From: Azolla caroliniana
Taxonomy: Eukaryota > Plantae > Polypodiophyta
Reading direction: 5' to 3'
Length of the DNA stretch: 64,000 bases
Assembly (NCBI GenBank): GCA_043228905.1
Contig: JBHGNT010000020.1
Span: 1,674,001 to 1,738,000 of the forward strand
Shown: one piece after another, positions 50,348-59,816 of the stretch
How the letters are laid out: the number at the start of each line of letters is the position of its first letter
Position numbering within the stretch: the first letter of the stretch is position 1
Position numbers and translations under genes: made by a program
The notes under the pieces: generated by a model
Told to the model about the DNA's origin: nothing
Seen by the model: only the letters and a program-made list of their open reading frames with translations
Database searches by the model: none

Positions 50348-52878
50348 CACGAACGGTCGTCATTTTTGCGACCGGCGCAAACGTCTCATCGTAGTCGATA
50401 TCGTGTTTCTACGCATAGCCCTTTGCCACTAGCCGAGCCTTGTACCGGTTGACCAAGCCATCGGTGTTGTACTTGACTTTGTACACCCATCTACACCCGA
50501 TCGGCTTCACACCCTTTGGTGCGTCAACCAGGTCCATCGCGGCACGCCAATTCGCGTCCTTCGCCGCTTCTGCGTAGCTCTCCGGCTCACGCACTTCTGC
50601 TACACGAGTCATGTACGCATAATGATGCACCATGTACTCGTTGTATCCGAACCGCACAACTGGAGTTGAGGTTCGTAGTCGGGGGCAGGTACCAGGACGC
50701 GGACTCGTCAAACACAACGTCGCGGGTGACACGCGCTTGTTTGGTGCGAGGGTTATAGCACTTATAACCCTTCTGCTCGTCCGAGTAACCGACCAAGATG
50801 CATTTCTCGGCCTTTGCGTCCAGCTTCCTCCTTTTCTCCTTCGGTACATGCACATACGCAATGCTACCGAACACCCTCAAGTGTCGCAAGTTCGGCTTCG
50901 TTCCGAAATATAGCTCGTGCGCCGACACTTTGTCTCCGATCCGGTTCTGGATGTATACCGCGGTCCTTACCGCCTCAGCCCAGTAGAACTTGGGCAAGCT
51001 CTTCTCCTCCAGCATTGCCCGTGCCGCTTCCACAATCGACCGATTCTTTCTCTCGGCCATGCCGTTCTGCTCCGGCGTGTATCTACAACTGAATTCGCGG
51101 CGAATTCCCATTTGTTGTAGGTAACCGTTGAATTGACCGGAAAAGTACTCTTTCCCGCCATCCAACCGCAGGCACTTGATCTTTCGTCCCGTTTCGGTTT
51201 TCACGAACCCTTTGAGGTCCCGGAAACAGTCGAAGACTTCGCTCTTCCTCTCAATGAGGTAGATCCACGTGTGCCGCGTGTGGTCGTCGATGAAGGAGAC
51301 GAAATATCGGCTCCCGCCAAGACTAACGTTTTGTGTCGGTCCCCACACATCGGAGTGTATAAGGTCGAGCTTGTTCCGGCTCTGGTTTCGCTCGTTGGGG
51401 AAAGGAAGTCGGTGTTGCTTCCCGAGCTGGCAGGCTTCACAAATTTGTGCCTTTCGGCCACTAAATTTGGGCAATCCGAACACTACCTATTTCGATTGCA
51501 GATCTTGAAGCCGTTGGTGGTTGACGTGGCCTATCCGCTTGTGCCACAAGTCGATGTCCGACTCGGTCTTTTGTCCCTTCGCGAACATTGCGGTGCCGCC
51601 GTCAGTGGAGTCGAGGATGAACATCCTCCTGTTTCTGCGCCCTTGCGCAATCACACGACCTTCTTCCTCAATGAAGCACCCGAGGTGTGTCGACAATCTG
51701 TCCAACCGAGACCAAGTTTTTCGTGATTGTCGGAACGTGCAGCACATTCATGAGTTTCCCTTTCTGCCCGACATGGCTAAGGGGAACTTCTCCGACATTC
51801 GCGATCGGCTGCGGAGTGTCGTCTCCTGTTGCGACTACTCCAGGTTGTATCGGTTTTTCAAGGTACGAGAAACACTCCTTATGGCTCTTCATGTGGTTTG
51901 ACGCGCCGGAGTCTACATACCACACCTCGTCCGATCTCGGGGTGGTCTGTTTCATTGAGTTTGCTTTGTGTCTCGTCACGAAGACAGTCCCTTCTCCGGC
52001 TCTCCCGGAGTCTTCGGCGTAGTGCGACCGCTGCCGATTTCCCTTGTGGCGCGCTTCTTCCAGCACTCACTTTCCTTGTGGCCTTTCTTGCCACAGTACC
52101 AGCACTCCGCGATGGACTTCCCTTGCCGGTTCTCATTGCTTCGACTCCCCCTGTTTCCGGAGGGTCTGGAGTTGCTGTCGGCATCACTTCGGTGCCTTCT
52201 TTCTTGATCTCGTCGGCCGCCTCCATTGCGTGCCGACTCGCCTCGTCCTCCACGTCCATGGGGTCTATCTCCCTCCGTGTACAGCATTCTGTTGTCGGTG
52301 TGCGTGCTTGTAGATGCACCCGCGTGGTTCTCCTCTACCAGGAGCATCGACTGTAAGTCGAAAAAGGACGGTGTATTCTCCTGAGTACACACAGCCGTTC
52401 GGAACGCTCCGAACTTCGACGCCAAACCTCCGAGACAGATCTGGACCATCTCGCTCTCCTCGATGTTCACCTCTATGGAGGCGAGGGAGTCGCAGATATC
52501 CTTGATCTTCGAGGTATAGTCCGCCACCGACAAGTCGCGTTGTCGTAGGTTGCTCAACTCCTGTCGGAGCTGAAGCTTCCTGGTTGTGGTGCTCGCGGCG
52601 AAAATCTTCTTCAGATTTTCCCACGCACCCTTCGGCGTCTTTGCATCCCGAACATAGCTCAATAGTTGTTCACCCACACACGACGCGAATTAGTACAATA
52701 CCCTACTCGCCGATTGCTCCCACAACGGGAAGTCTCTGTGTGTCGATTCGGGTGCCGCGTCATTAGCTCCTTCGACATAACTCCAATAGCCGTGCCCGAG
52801 CAGATACTGGTGCATCTTGTAGGACCAAGACGCGTAGTTGGTTCTGTCGAGCTTCTCTGTTGGAAGCGAGCTCGCCAT
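50348..52878 (-). pseudogene. Copia-3 gag, PR, INT and RT N-terminus, disrupted
   Basis: [61 protein letters not shown]. Confidence 0.92.
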
Positions 52879-53346
52879 GCCTCTATCCATCGTTCTTCTT
52901 GTTCTTCTTCATCAAGCTGTGTCGGCTGCAGAGAGGTTCTCAACCCTCGCGCTCTGATACCATGTAGAAAGTAGCGTGCGGAAGCAAGTATGAAGACAGA
53001 ACAGAGGAAGGAAACTCAGGTTCAATGGAGAGCTTGGGCTTACACGGTATACGCAGGAGAGACAGAGAGAGAAGACAAAAAACTATATTCAACAATAATA
53101 CTCAGTCTGTACATAAGACGTGTTCAATGAACACTTTTATACAAGCCCTAGAAGGACTGACCGAAGTACTGACAGTACTTCAATGCTCATCAAGAGCCCC
53201 TACACTAACTCCCAAATATATTCCTCACGGAATATCTTTCCTAACGACCTCCCGGTTTACGCACTCGGCCTAACCGATCGGTCCCAACCGATCCGGTCCT
53301 CGTCTTCTTCAGCCGAACCGGCCGATGTTGAGCTTGTCTCTCAACA

Positions 53347-54906
53347 CGTTGGTATGGAGGGTGCTCCGTACCTCAGCGACCAAGATCTCGTTCCGTGTAG
53401 ACGTCTCGTGTTGGTCGGTGGCGGTCTGTTGGGCCTGTGCCTAAACTTGAGGTAGGCGGCGGTTCACGACGGCAGTCATCTTTAGGAGGTCGGGCACCAT
53501 GTCGGTTAAGGGTTTGGGGGGGACGGCGAGGGAGGGGGTAGGGTGGGTAGTAACTGCAGTGAGGGAGGTCGGGTAGGGCACGGAGGTCGGGAGGTGGGGT
53601 GGTGGAAGCGGGGTTGTCATTTGGGCGGGGGCGAGGGTGGGTTGGAGGGGAACCGTCGGGGTTGCGGTTGGGGGCCGGTCGGGGGTTTCGGTGTTGACAG
53701 CGGTGTGGCGGGCGAGTTTATGGGGTCGGGGTTGCGGGGTGTCGTCGGTGGTGGTGGACGGGAAAGGTGGGGTAGTTGTGGCCGGAGTGGGGGGAGAGGA
53801 TTCGTGGGGTGGAGGGGTTGGCGAGGTGGGTGGAGGTGGGGTTGGCGGGTTCCGTTGGTCGCGTAAGATTGACTCAGTGGTGCAGTTGCGGGAACGCGGA
53901 GTCGTGGTTGTGGTCTGATGTGACACATAGTGGAAAGTGGTGGACAAGGCTTGGATTTCGGTGGGGGTGAACTTGTGTGTCTGGAATTCCTTGACACGAT
54001 TCGTGATATCCTCAGGCGTGTCGAGGTTAGCTTCGGCTGGGTGATCGGGGGTTGTTTGTGTGCTGGTGGCCGTGCCTGTTCACCTTGGTGTACTTGTCAT
54101 AAAAAGTCGCGTTCGGGGAGACGAAGGCGTTCGAGTTGGCCTGGGACAGTGATCTTGCGGAAGCGTTCTTGGTAGTGTACGAAGGGAGGGGCGGGGGGTC
54201 TGATGCTGAACTTTGCGCACAAGTAGCGGGTGAGGAACCACGCGAAATTGACAGTCGATTTGGGCCGTGTGTGCCATTCTCGGACCCGACGGATAAGCTC
54301 GTGAGCCCACTGGACTGGTTGTGGATCATGTGCCCACTTGAGGTACTCACCGGTGATACGAGCGGTGGCATCGGTAGATGCAGTGTCGCCGATTTGGGCT
54401 ATGGCGCTACAACGGTCATGGAGATGGAGAGGGATTTCGGTGTAACGCCACCCTTCACGTCCAGAATATTCGGCGTAGGCGATAGGAATGATGCCGGGGA
54501 CAACCCCTGGGGTCCTCGTGGTGCGAAAGGGGGCGCCCTCGAGGGGTAAATGCAGCGTAGCACAAACGTCAGCCGCGGTGAACTGGAATGCGACGGGGGG
54601 GGAGTCTACAAAAGGCTGCATATTAGCGTGGCCCGTATTGGGGTTGTACCCGATGAGGAAACGGTTGACCAGTTCGGGTAGGACGCCCCACGGCCCGATC
54701 CCAAGGAAGCACTTGAGGCCAAGTCGTGAGAGAGTGGCGAACACGTCGGGTTCGAGGTACTTGAGCTGCGTGGCGGCCGTGGGAACCCGGTAAGTACATC
54801 GGGCATTGTTGAACACCGCTGGAATGACTAAGGAACCGCACCTTGCGTCGGGGTAGTATGCGTGGAGGAGTTTGATAAATTGGGGAGGCATCATCGTTGG
54901 CAACAT
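53347..54906 (-). pseudogene. Gypsy-A extra ORF, N-terminal part (Athila-ORF1/Transposase_32-like domain plus Pro/Thr-rich linker)
   Basis: PELVNRFL...FQFTAADVCATLHLP...VQWAHELI...VNFAWFLTRYL pattern; family recognised by eye only. Confidence 0.6.
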
Positions 54907-55164
54907 GCGAGGAAAAATATTAGTATAGGTAAATGTGGTGATGAATCAGCAAGTATGGGTAGTTTCAATAGATTCCCCGGTTGGGTTTTTTTTTTTTTTT
55001 TTTTGGGGGGAGCGGGACGTGGAGTCCTAACTACGGAGTAACTCGGTTAAATGTGGTGACGAAGCAACGAGTTCGAGTAGTTTCCATAAATTCCCCCCGA
55101 CCTTTTTTTTTTTTTTTTTTTTGGGGTCCTAATTTCGCAATAACGTTACAACGAAGGGTTACGT

Positions 55165-55635
55165 GGTCTAGGAGTTGGACTCCTCGAACAACGTGTGGTT
55201 CGAGGAGTTGGGCTCCTCGAACAACGCGTGGTTCGAGGAGTTGGGCTCCTCGAACAACGCGTGGTTCGAGGGGTTGGGCTGGGTGTGGTTCGAGGAGTTG
55301 GGCCCCTCGAACACTGTGTAGTTCGAGGGGTTGGACTCCTCGAACAACGGGTACTTCGAGGGGTTGGGCCCCTCGGACAATGGGGAGTTCGAGGGGTTGG
55401 GCCCCTCGAACGTTGTGTAGTTCGAGGGGTTGGACCCCTCGGACAACGGGGAGTTCGAGGGGTTGGGCCCCTCGAACGTTGTGTAGTTCGAGAGGTTGGG
55501 CTGGGTGTGGTTCGAGGGGTTGGACTCCTCGAACAACGGGTAGTTCGAGTGATTGGGCCCCTCGAACAACAGGTAGTTCGAGTGATTGGGCCCCTCGAAC
55601 AACAGGTGGTTCGAGGGGTTGGGTCCCTCGAACCA
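55165..55635. repeat. Array of about 15 palindromic 33-bp units (GTTCGAGGGG-TTGGG-CCCCTCGAAC plus 8-nt spacer)
   Basis: Directly visible; two 24-bp truncated units; partial 66-bp higher-order period. Confidence 0.92.
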
Positions 55636-56280
55636 CGAGGTGGAGTGGGCTGGAAACGACCAATGACGTGGGGAGGGTGAAACGACGAGGCGGCTGTCGC
55701 AGCCACCTCCGGGGGAACGAAAGAAAGAAGAGAAAGAGAGAAAAAAAAACGTTGGGACGGTGGGGCAGCGTGGACGGGCAGCGCCACGAGGAGGGGTGGC
55801 GGCGACGGGGCAGCGTCTATGGCCGCCACGGGAGGAGTGTAGACGTAGTGTGCTGGCGATGGCCGCCAAGGCTGGGAGGCCCGTAGTGTGCCGGTGACAA
55901 GAGGAGGACAGTGTCGTGGCGGCGGCCATGGCCCCCGCAGAGGAACGAAGGGCAGGTACGAGGGGAGTGTAGTGTGGTGTGTCAAAACAAGAGAGAGGGG
56001 AGGGGGGGAGGGGGAGGGCCTACCCGAGGCGTGGGAAAGCAAGGTGTGGGGGAGGCAAGGCGGTGACCGGCGCAGGCAACCGGTGGAGGAGGGGCGAGGC
56101 TGCTGAGGGTGGGAGAAAGCCACGAACAGAGATTGGGGGGGGGGGGTGGGGGGGGGAGGGGAGGAATAGTGTGAGCGGGGAGGGGGGGAAGACTGCTGCA
56201 GAGCGTGGAAGCGTGGAGTGAGAAGGGAGGGGACAAGCAGAAAGAGGAGAGCGAAAAAAAGGAGGGAGGGGAGGTAGAGC

Positions 56281-56525
56281 AAAGAAGGAGAAAAAAAAAA
56301 AAAAAAGAAGAAGGAGAAAAACGAAAAAAAGAAAAAGGAAAAAGGAAAAAGAAAGGTAAAAATAAAAATAAATAATAAAAATAAAAATAATAAAATATAT
56401 AAATAAATAAAATATATAAATTAATTAATTAATTAAAAAATAAAAATAAATAAATAGATAATAAATAAATAAATAAAATTAACAAACAACAAAAATAATA
56501 AAAAATAAAAAATAAAAACTAATAC
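56281..56525. repeat. A-rich low-complexity tract between Gypsy-A pol and its extra ORF
   Basis: Poly-A and (AAAT)n runs. Confidence 0.8.
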
Positions 56526-56911
56526 CATTAATAGAACATAAATCATGGCAATGAGAGACAACCGACAGGGATGCGAGGTCGGGAGGGTAGGGAGGAATCG
56601 ATGGAGAAGATTCGGATACCGATGGTGAGGGCGGTCTAAACGGGGGTCTATGGGGAACGTGGTAGGGGATTGGGTAAATTAAGGGCTTTTGAGGAACCTT
56701 GAGGATGCGACTATGGAGGGAGTGTCACTCGGGTATCGTGTGAGGTTCCGGGTCCGTGACTTTTAAGGATCCAAACCTGCGGCATGTTTGTTACGGGGGT
56801 GGGGAGGATTTGTGAAACCTTCCTGCAGGGTGTTCGGTCTCTCAGTTGTTTAGGCTTGTCGCTTCCTGTGGCTTTAGCCTGGGCGGGATACTGGGCTGAT
56901 GTGTGTGCTTT

Positions 56912-57460
56912 TCAGGTGTCCCCTGCAGGCGTGGTATGATTGTGATTGGAGAGTCGGCTTCGTTTCGTGACCCAAAAGCTAGTGGCGCCTTTGTACCAAC
57001 CTTGTGCTGTTGTGAGTGTCTTTTTGACTCGCCAACAGGCGGATTCTCCACAACGTTGCCCGTCCGCAAAAACAATGTGAACATTCACCCATTCCCGTGG
57101 TTTGGGTGTCCGTGTTCTGAAGTCAACATCGCGCTGGTCTTGGGTGGCCAGTGGGTGTTGGCGTTCGGTTTGGTTGAGCGACTCCCCGTCTTGGGGTTCA
57201 TCGATGTCCCCTGCATGCGTGGTATGATCGAGACTGGGGAGTCGGCTTCGTTTCGGGACCCAGAAGCTAGTGGCGCCATTGTGCCAACCTTGTGCGGTTG
57301 TGAGTATTTTCCTGACTTGCCATACCGCACATTCTCCGTAGCGTGGGCCTTCAGCGAACACAGCGTGGACGTTCACCCATTCTCGTAGTTTGGGTGTTTG
57401 TGTTCTATTGTTAGTGTCACGTTGGCTATGGGCGGCCAGTGGGTGTCAGTGTGTTGCTTG
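56912..57460 (-). repeat. 288-bp (96-codon) tandem duplication encoding a Trp-rich domain
   Basis: HPLA..QRD...RT.TPK.REWVNVH.VFA.G...GE.A.W.V.K.LTTAQGW..GATSFWV.KRSRL occurs twice. Confidence 0.85.
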
Positions 57461-57991
57461 TTTGGGTAGCTCCACACTTTGGGGGTCAGTGAGGACAGTG
57501 AGATGTGATTCGAGTGTTGTTGCGAGGAGGTCCTCGAACTTCAGTCCACCTCCTGTTTGAAAAGAGACGATGTGTTTGCTGGGTGATAGGAGACATTCGC
57601 TTATGCGACACCAATCTAAACCGAGGCATTGTGTGTGCATCACTCCGGGTGGGAGTACCCGAACTTGGATTAAGTGCGCGCTGTACTCTGTCTTGATGTT
57701 ACACCCGAAGATTCCCATGCAACATGACGTAGACCCATTGAAGCCACGGAAGTTGTCGTTGCACACTTCGAGGTTTGGGCAACCCAAATGTCTCCATGTT
57801 TCAAAGGAGAAAAGGGTTAGCGATGCTCCTGTGTCAATTACCGCCGTCAAAGGCATGTCGTCGACACAACATTGTAGTTGTATTGTCCCATCATTAGAGT
57901 TGGCCGCCTGAGCCATGGCTGTCGGATGGGCGTGTCCCTGTCGCTTCAATTTCGCTTGCGTGTTGCACAGGTCGGTTTCGAGCCGGGCCAT
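57446..57991 (-). CDS. Retropepsin-type aspartic protease directly downstream of, and in frame with, the integrase
   Basis: AVIDTGASLTLFS (DTG at 57827-57835), flap-like FRGFNGS, C-terminal CLGLDWC. Confidence 0.8.
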   Translation of the reverse strand: MARLETDLCNTQAKLKRQGHAHPTAMAQAANSNDGTIQLQCCVDDMPLTAVIDTGASLTLFSFETWRHLGCPNLEVCNDNFRGFNGSTSCCMGIFGCNIKTEYSAHLIQVRVLPPGVMHTQCLGLDWCRISECLLSPSKHIVSFQTGGGLKFEDLLATTLESHLTVLTDPQSVELPKQATH

Positions 57992-58958
57992 TCAGCCTTC
58001 GGAGGCTTTAAGTTTGGCCTCAACCTCTCGTTGCCGAGCCGTGAGTAGAGCCTCGAGTGTGAGGGGTCCATAGTAACGTTTGAGCTTGCTCCCATTAATG
58101 AACCCGGGGATGTCAAAACCTTCGATCGTGCGTAGGCGACATGCTCCTGTCTTGGTAACCTCCGAAACCACATACGGGCCTTCGCCCCGTAGCTTCAACT
58201 TCTTCTTGTGTCGTTGAGAGGAGAATTTGAGGTCCATGTCACCTTCCGCGAGGTCTTTGTTCTTGACTTTATTGTCGTGCCACACCTTTCTATTGGCTTT
58301 CTCTGCCAAGAGTGCCTGGAATGCGAGAAGGCGAGTTTCTGTTAGTCGTTCTAGGTTCTCTAGGCGTGATGGGAGGGGGTCCCCTTCCCATCGTTCCTGT
58401 ATGGCGATCCTGAGGCTGGGGACAAGGAACTCGATGGGTAATACTGCTTCTTGCCCGTACACCAGTTTGAATGGTGTGTGGCGAGTTGCGACTTTGTAGG
58501 AAGTACGGAAAGCCCATAATGTTGCTTGGAGTTTGGTGCTCCAATCAGATCGGGAGGCAGCGACTATCTTTGTGAGTATTGCACATAGCACCTTATTCGT
58601 GCTTTCCACTTGTCCGTTGCATCGAGGGTAATAAGGAGAACTTTTGCGGTGTGTCACCATAAACTCGCCTAATAAATGTGTTATCACCTCGTTCAGGAAA
58701 TGTGAGCCTTGGTCACTAATGATTTCGAGCGGAGATCCAAACCGTACGATGACATTTTCATATAGGAATTTGGCAGTACTATGCGCGTCGGCGTTAACGC
58801 AAGCTTTCGCTTCAACCCACTTGGTGGCGTAGTCGGTGGCAGTTATTATGTATCGGTTGAGGTTGGAAGTTGGGTTGATTGGGCCGATAAAGTCGATACC
58901 CCATTTCTCGAATGGTTGCCATGCCACCATCGAGTTTAACATATTAAAATCCGCTTTT
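57992..58958 (-). pseudogene. Gypsy-A integrase core with GPY/F motif; cut at its 5' end by the Copia LTR at 58959
   Basis: PFEKWGIDFIGPI, TDYATKWVEA, SDQGSHF, YYPRCNGQVE, GEGPYVV, INGSKLKRY. Confidence 0.92.
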
Positions 58959-59345
58959 TGTTGGGAGACAGGTCCCTCCGGATGGGAAGGGAGAAGAACA
59001 GTGCCGACGAACAAACTCGGCCGAGGCTGAAACGGTATGAAGAGTACACGGCTACGGAGAGCCAGATGATACAAGCCCGGTGTGAACCGGATGAGTAGTA
59101 CCCGGCTACGGAGAGCCGGATGATACAGGCCCGGTGTGAACCGGATGAGGAGTACCCGGCTACGGAGAGCCGGATGATACAAGCCCGGTGTGAACCGGAT
59201 GAGTCGTACCCGGCTACAGAGAGCCGGATGGTGCAGGCCCGGTGTGAACCGGATGAGGAGTACCCGGCTACGGAGAGCCGGATGGTGCAGAACCGGAGGA
59301 AGAGACATATTCGTAAATATGTTTCTGAGAGCCCATCGAGGCTAT
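58959..59345 (+). mobile_element. Start of a Copia-2-related LTR with 54-bp tandem repeats; interrupted by Gypsy-B copy 2
   Basis: TGTTGGGAGACAGGTCCCTCCGGATGGGA and GACATATTCGTAAATATGTTT...GAGGCTAT match the Copia-2 LTR at 1896-2050; about 4.5 x 54-bp units at 59045-59295. Confidence 0.8.
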
Positions 59346-59816
59346 TGTTATTCTCTGACCGGACAAGGCCTAACACAAGGTGTCACGGAGACACTTCACC
59401 AAAGGGTGATTACGGCATAGGATTATGACTCAACGATTACACCGACTTACGTAAGTTACACGATTAGAGCGCTTTCGTTAATTACACGCGTAAGATATAA
59501 CAGTAAGTACAGAACGGAAATCAACACAGAAGTATAAACACCATATGCTCTATTAATTATCCGCTGCGATTACAATGGGGTCCGGGCCTTTAAATAGGTT
59601 TCCGGCCCGTAGTACAAAACGGTGCATATCGCACCTATTCGGGATCCGTCCGGATCTGGAACGGCATACCGTTTCCAGTCCGTCCGTCCATACTATGCTT
59701 ATTTACAACCACACTTAATTAATTCCTTCACTCCGTATTTTGGACTCCTTGCCGGCCGGTAACACATGGCACGCCCGTGGGACAGTACCTTGTACGTCGA
59801 ACCCTTCTCGGCCCCT

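Larger units (their letters stand above)
38457..53346 (-). mobile_element. Copia element 'Copia-3' (related to Copia-1) with internal deletions; interrupted by Gypsy-B
   Basis: 384-bp LTRs at 38457-38840 and 52963-53346; TSD CGTTG (38452-38456 and 53347-53351); PBS rc 52951-52962; PPT rc CTCCCCCTCA 38841-38850. Confidence 0.96.
31162..58958 (-). mobile_element. Non-chromovirus Ty3/Gypsy 'Gypsy-A', 3' half only (integrase, protease, repeats, extra ORF, 3' LTR); multiply interrupted
   Basis: 3' LTR 31162-31314 plus 35965-36346 (minus strand TGTTAAG...GATACA), preceded by GGGGGACA (rc 36347-36354); integrase at 57992-58958; extra ORF continues across the Copia-3 insertion. Confidence 0.75.

Noticed and set aside
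55165-55635. CRISPR array
   Set aside because: Spacers are only 8 nt and related to each other, there are no cas genes, and the context is a plant retrotransposon.
54981-56282. Several 160-380 aa repeat ORFs on both strands
   Set aside because: They arise from the 33-bp stop-poor GC-rich array and low-complexity DNA; there is no independent coding evidence.
58959-59308. N-terminal 18-aa repeat extension of the integrase ORF 57992-59308
   Set aside because: It is the antisense of the 54-bp repeats in an inserted Copia LTR, in frame by chance.
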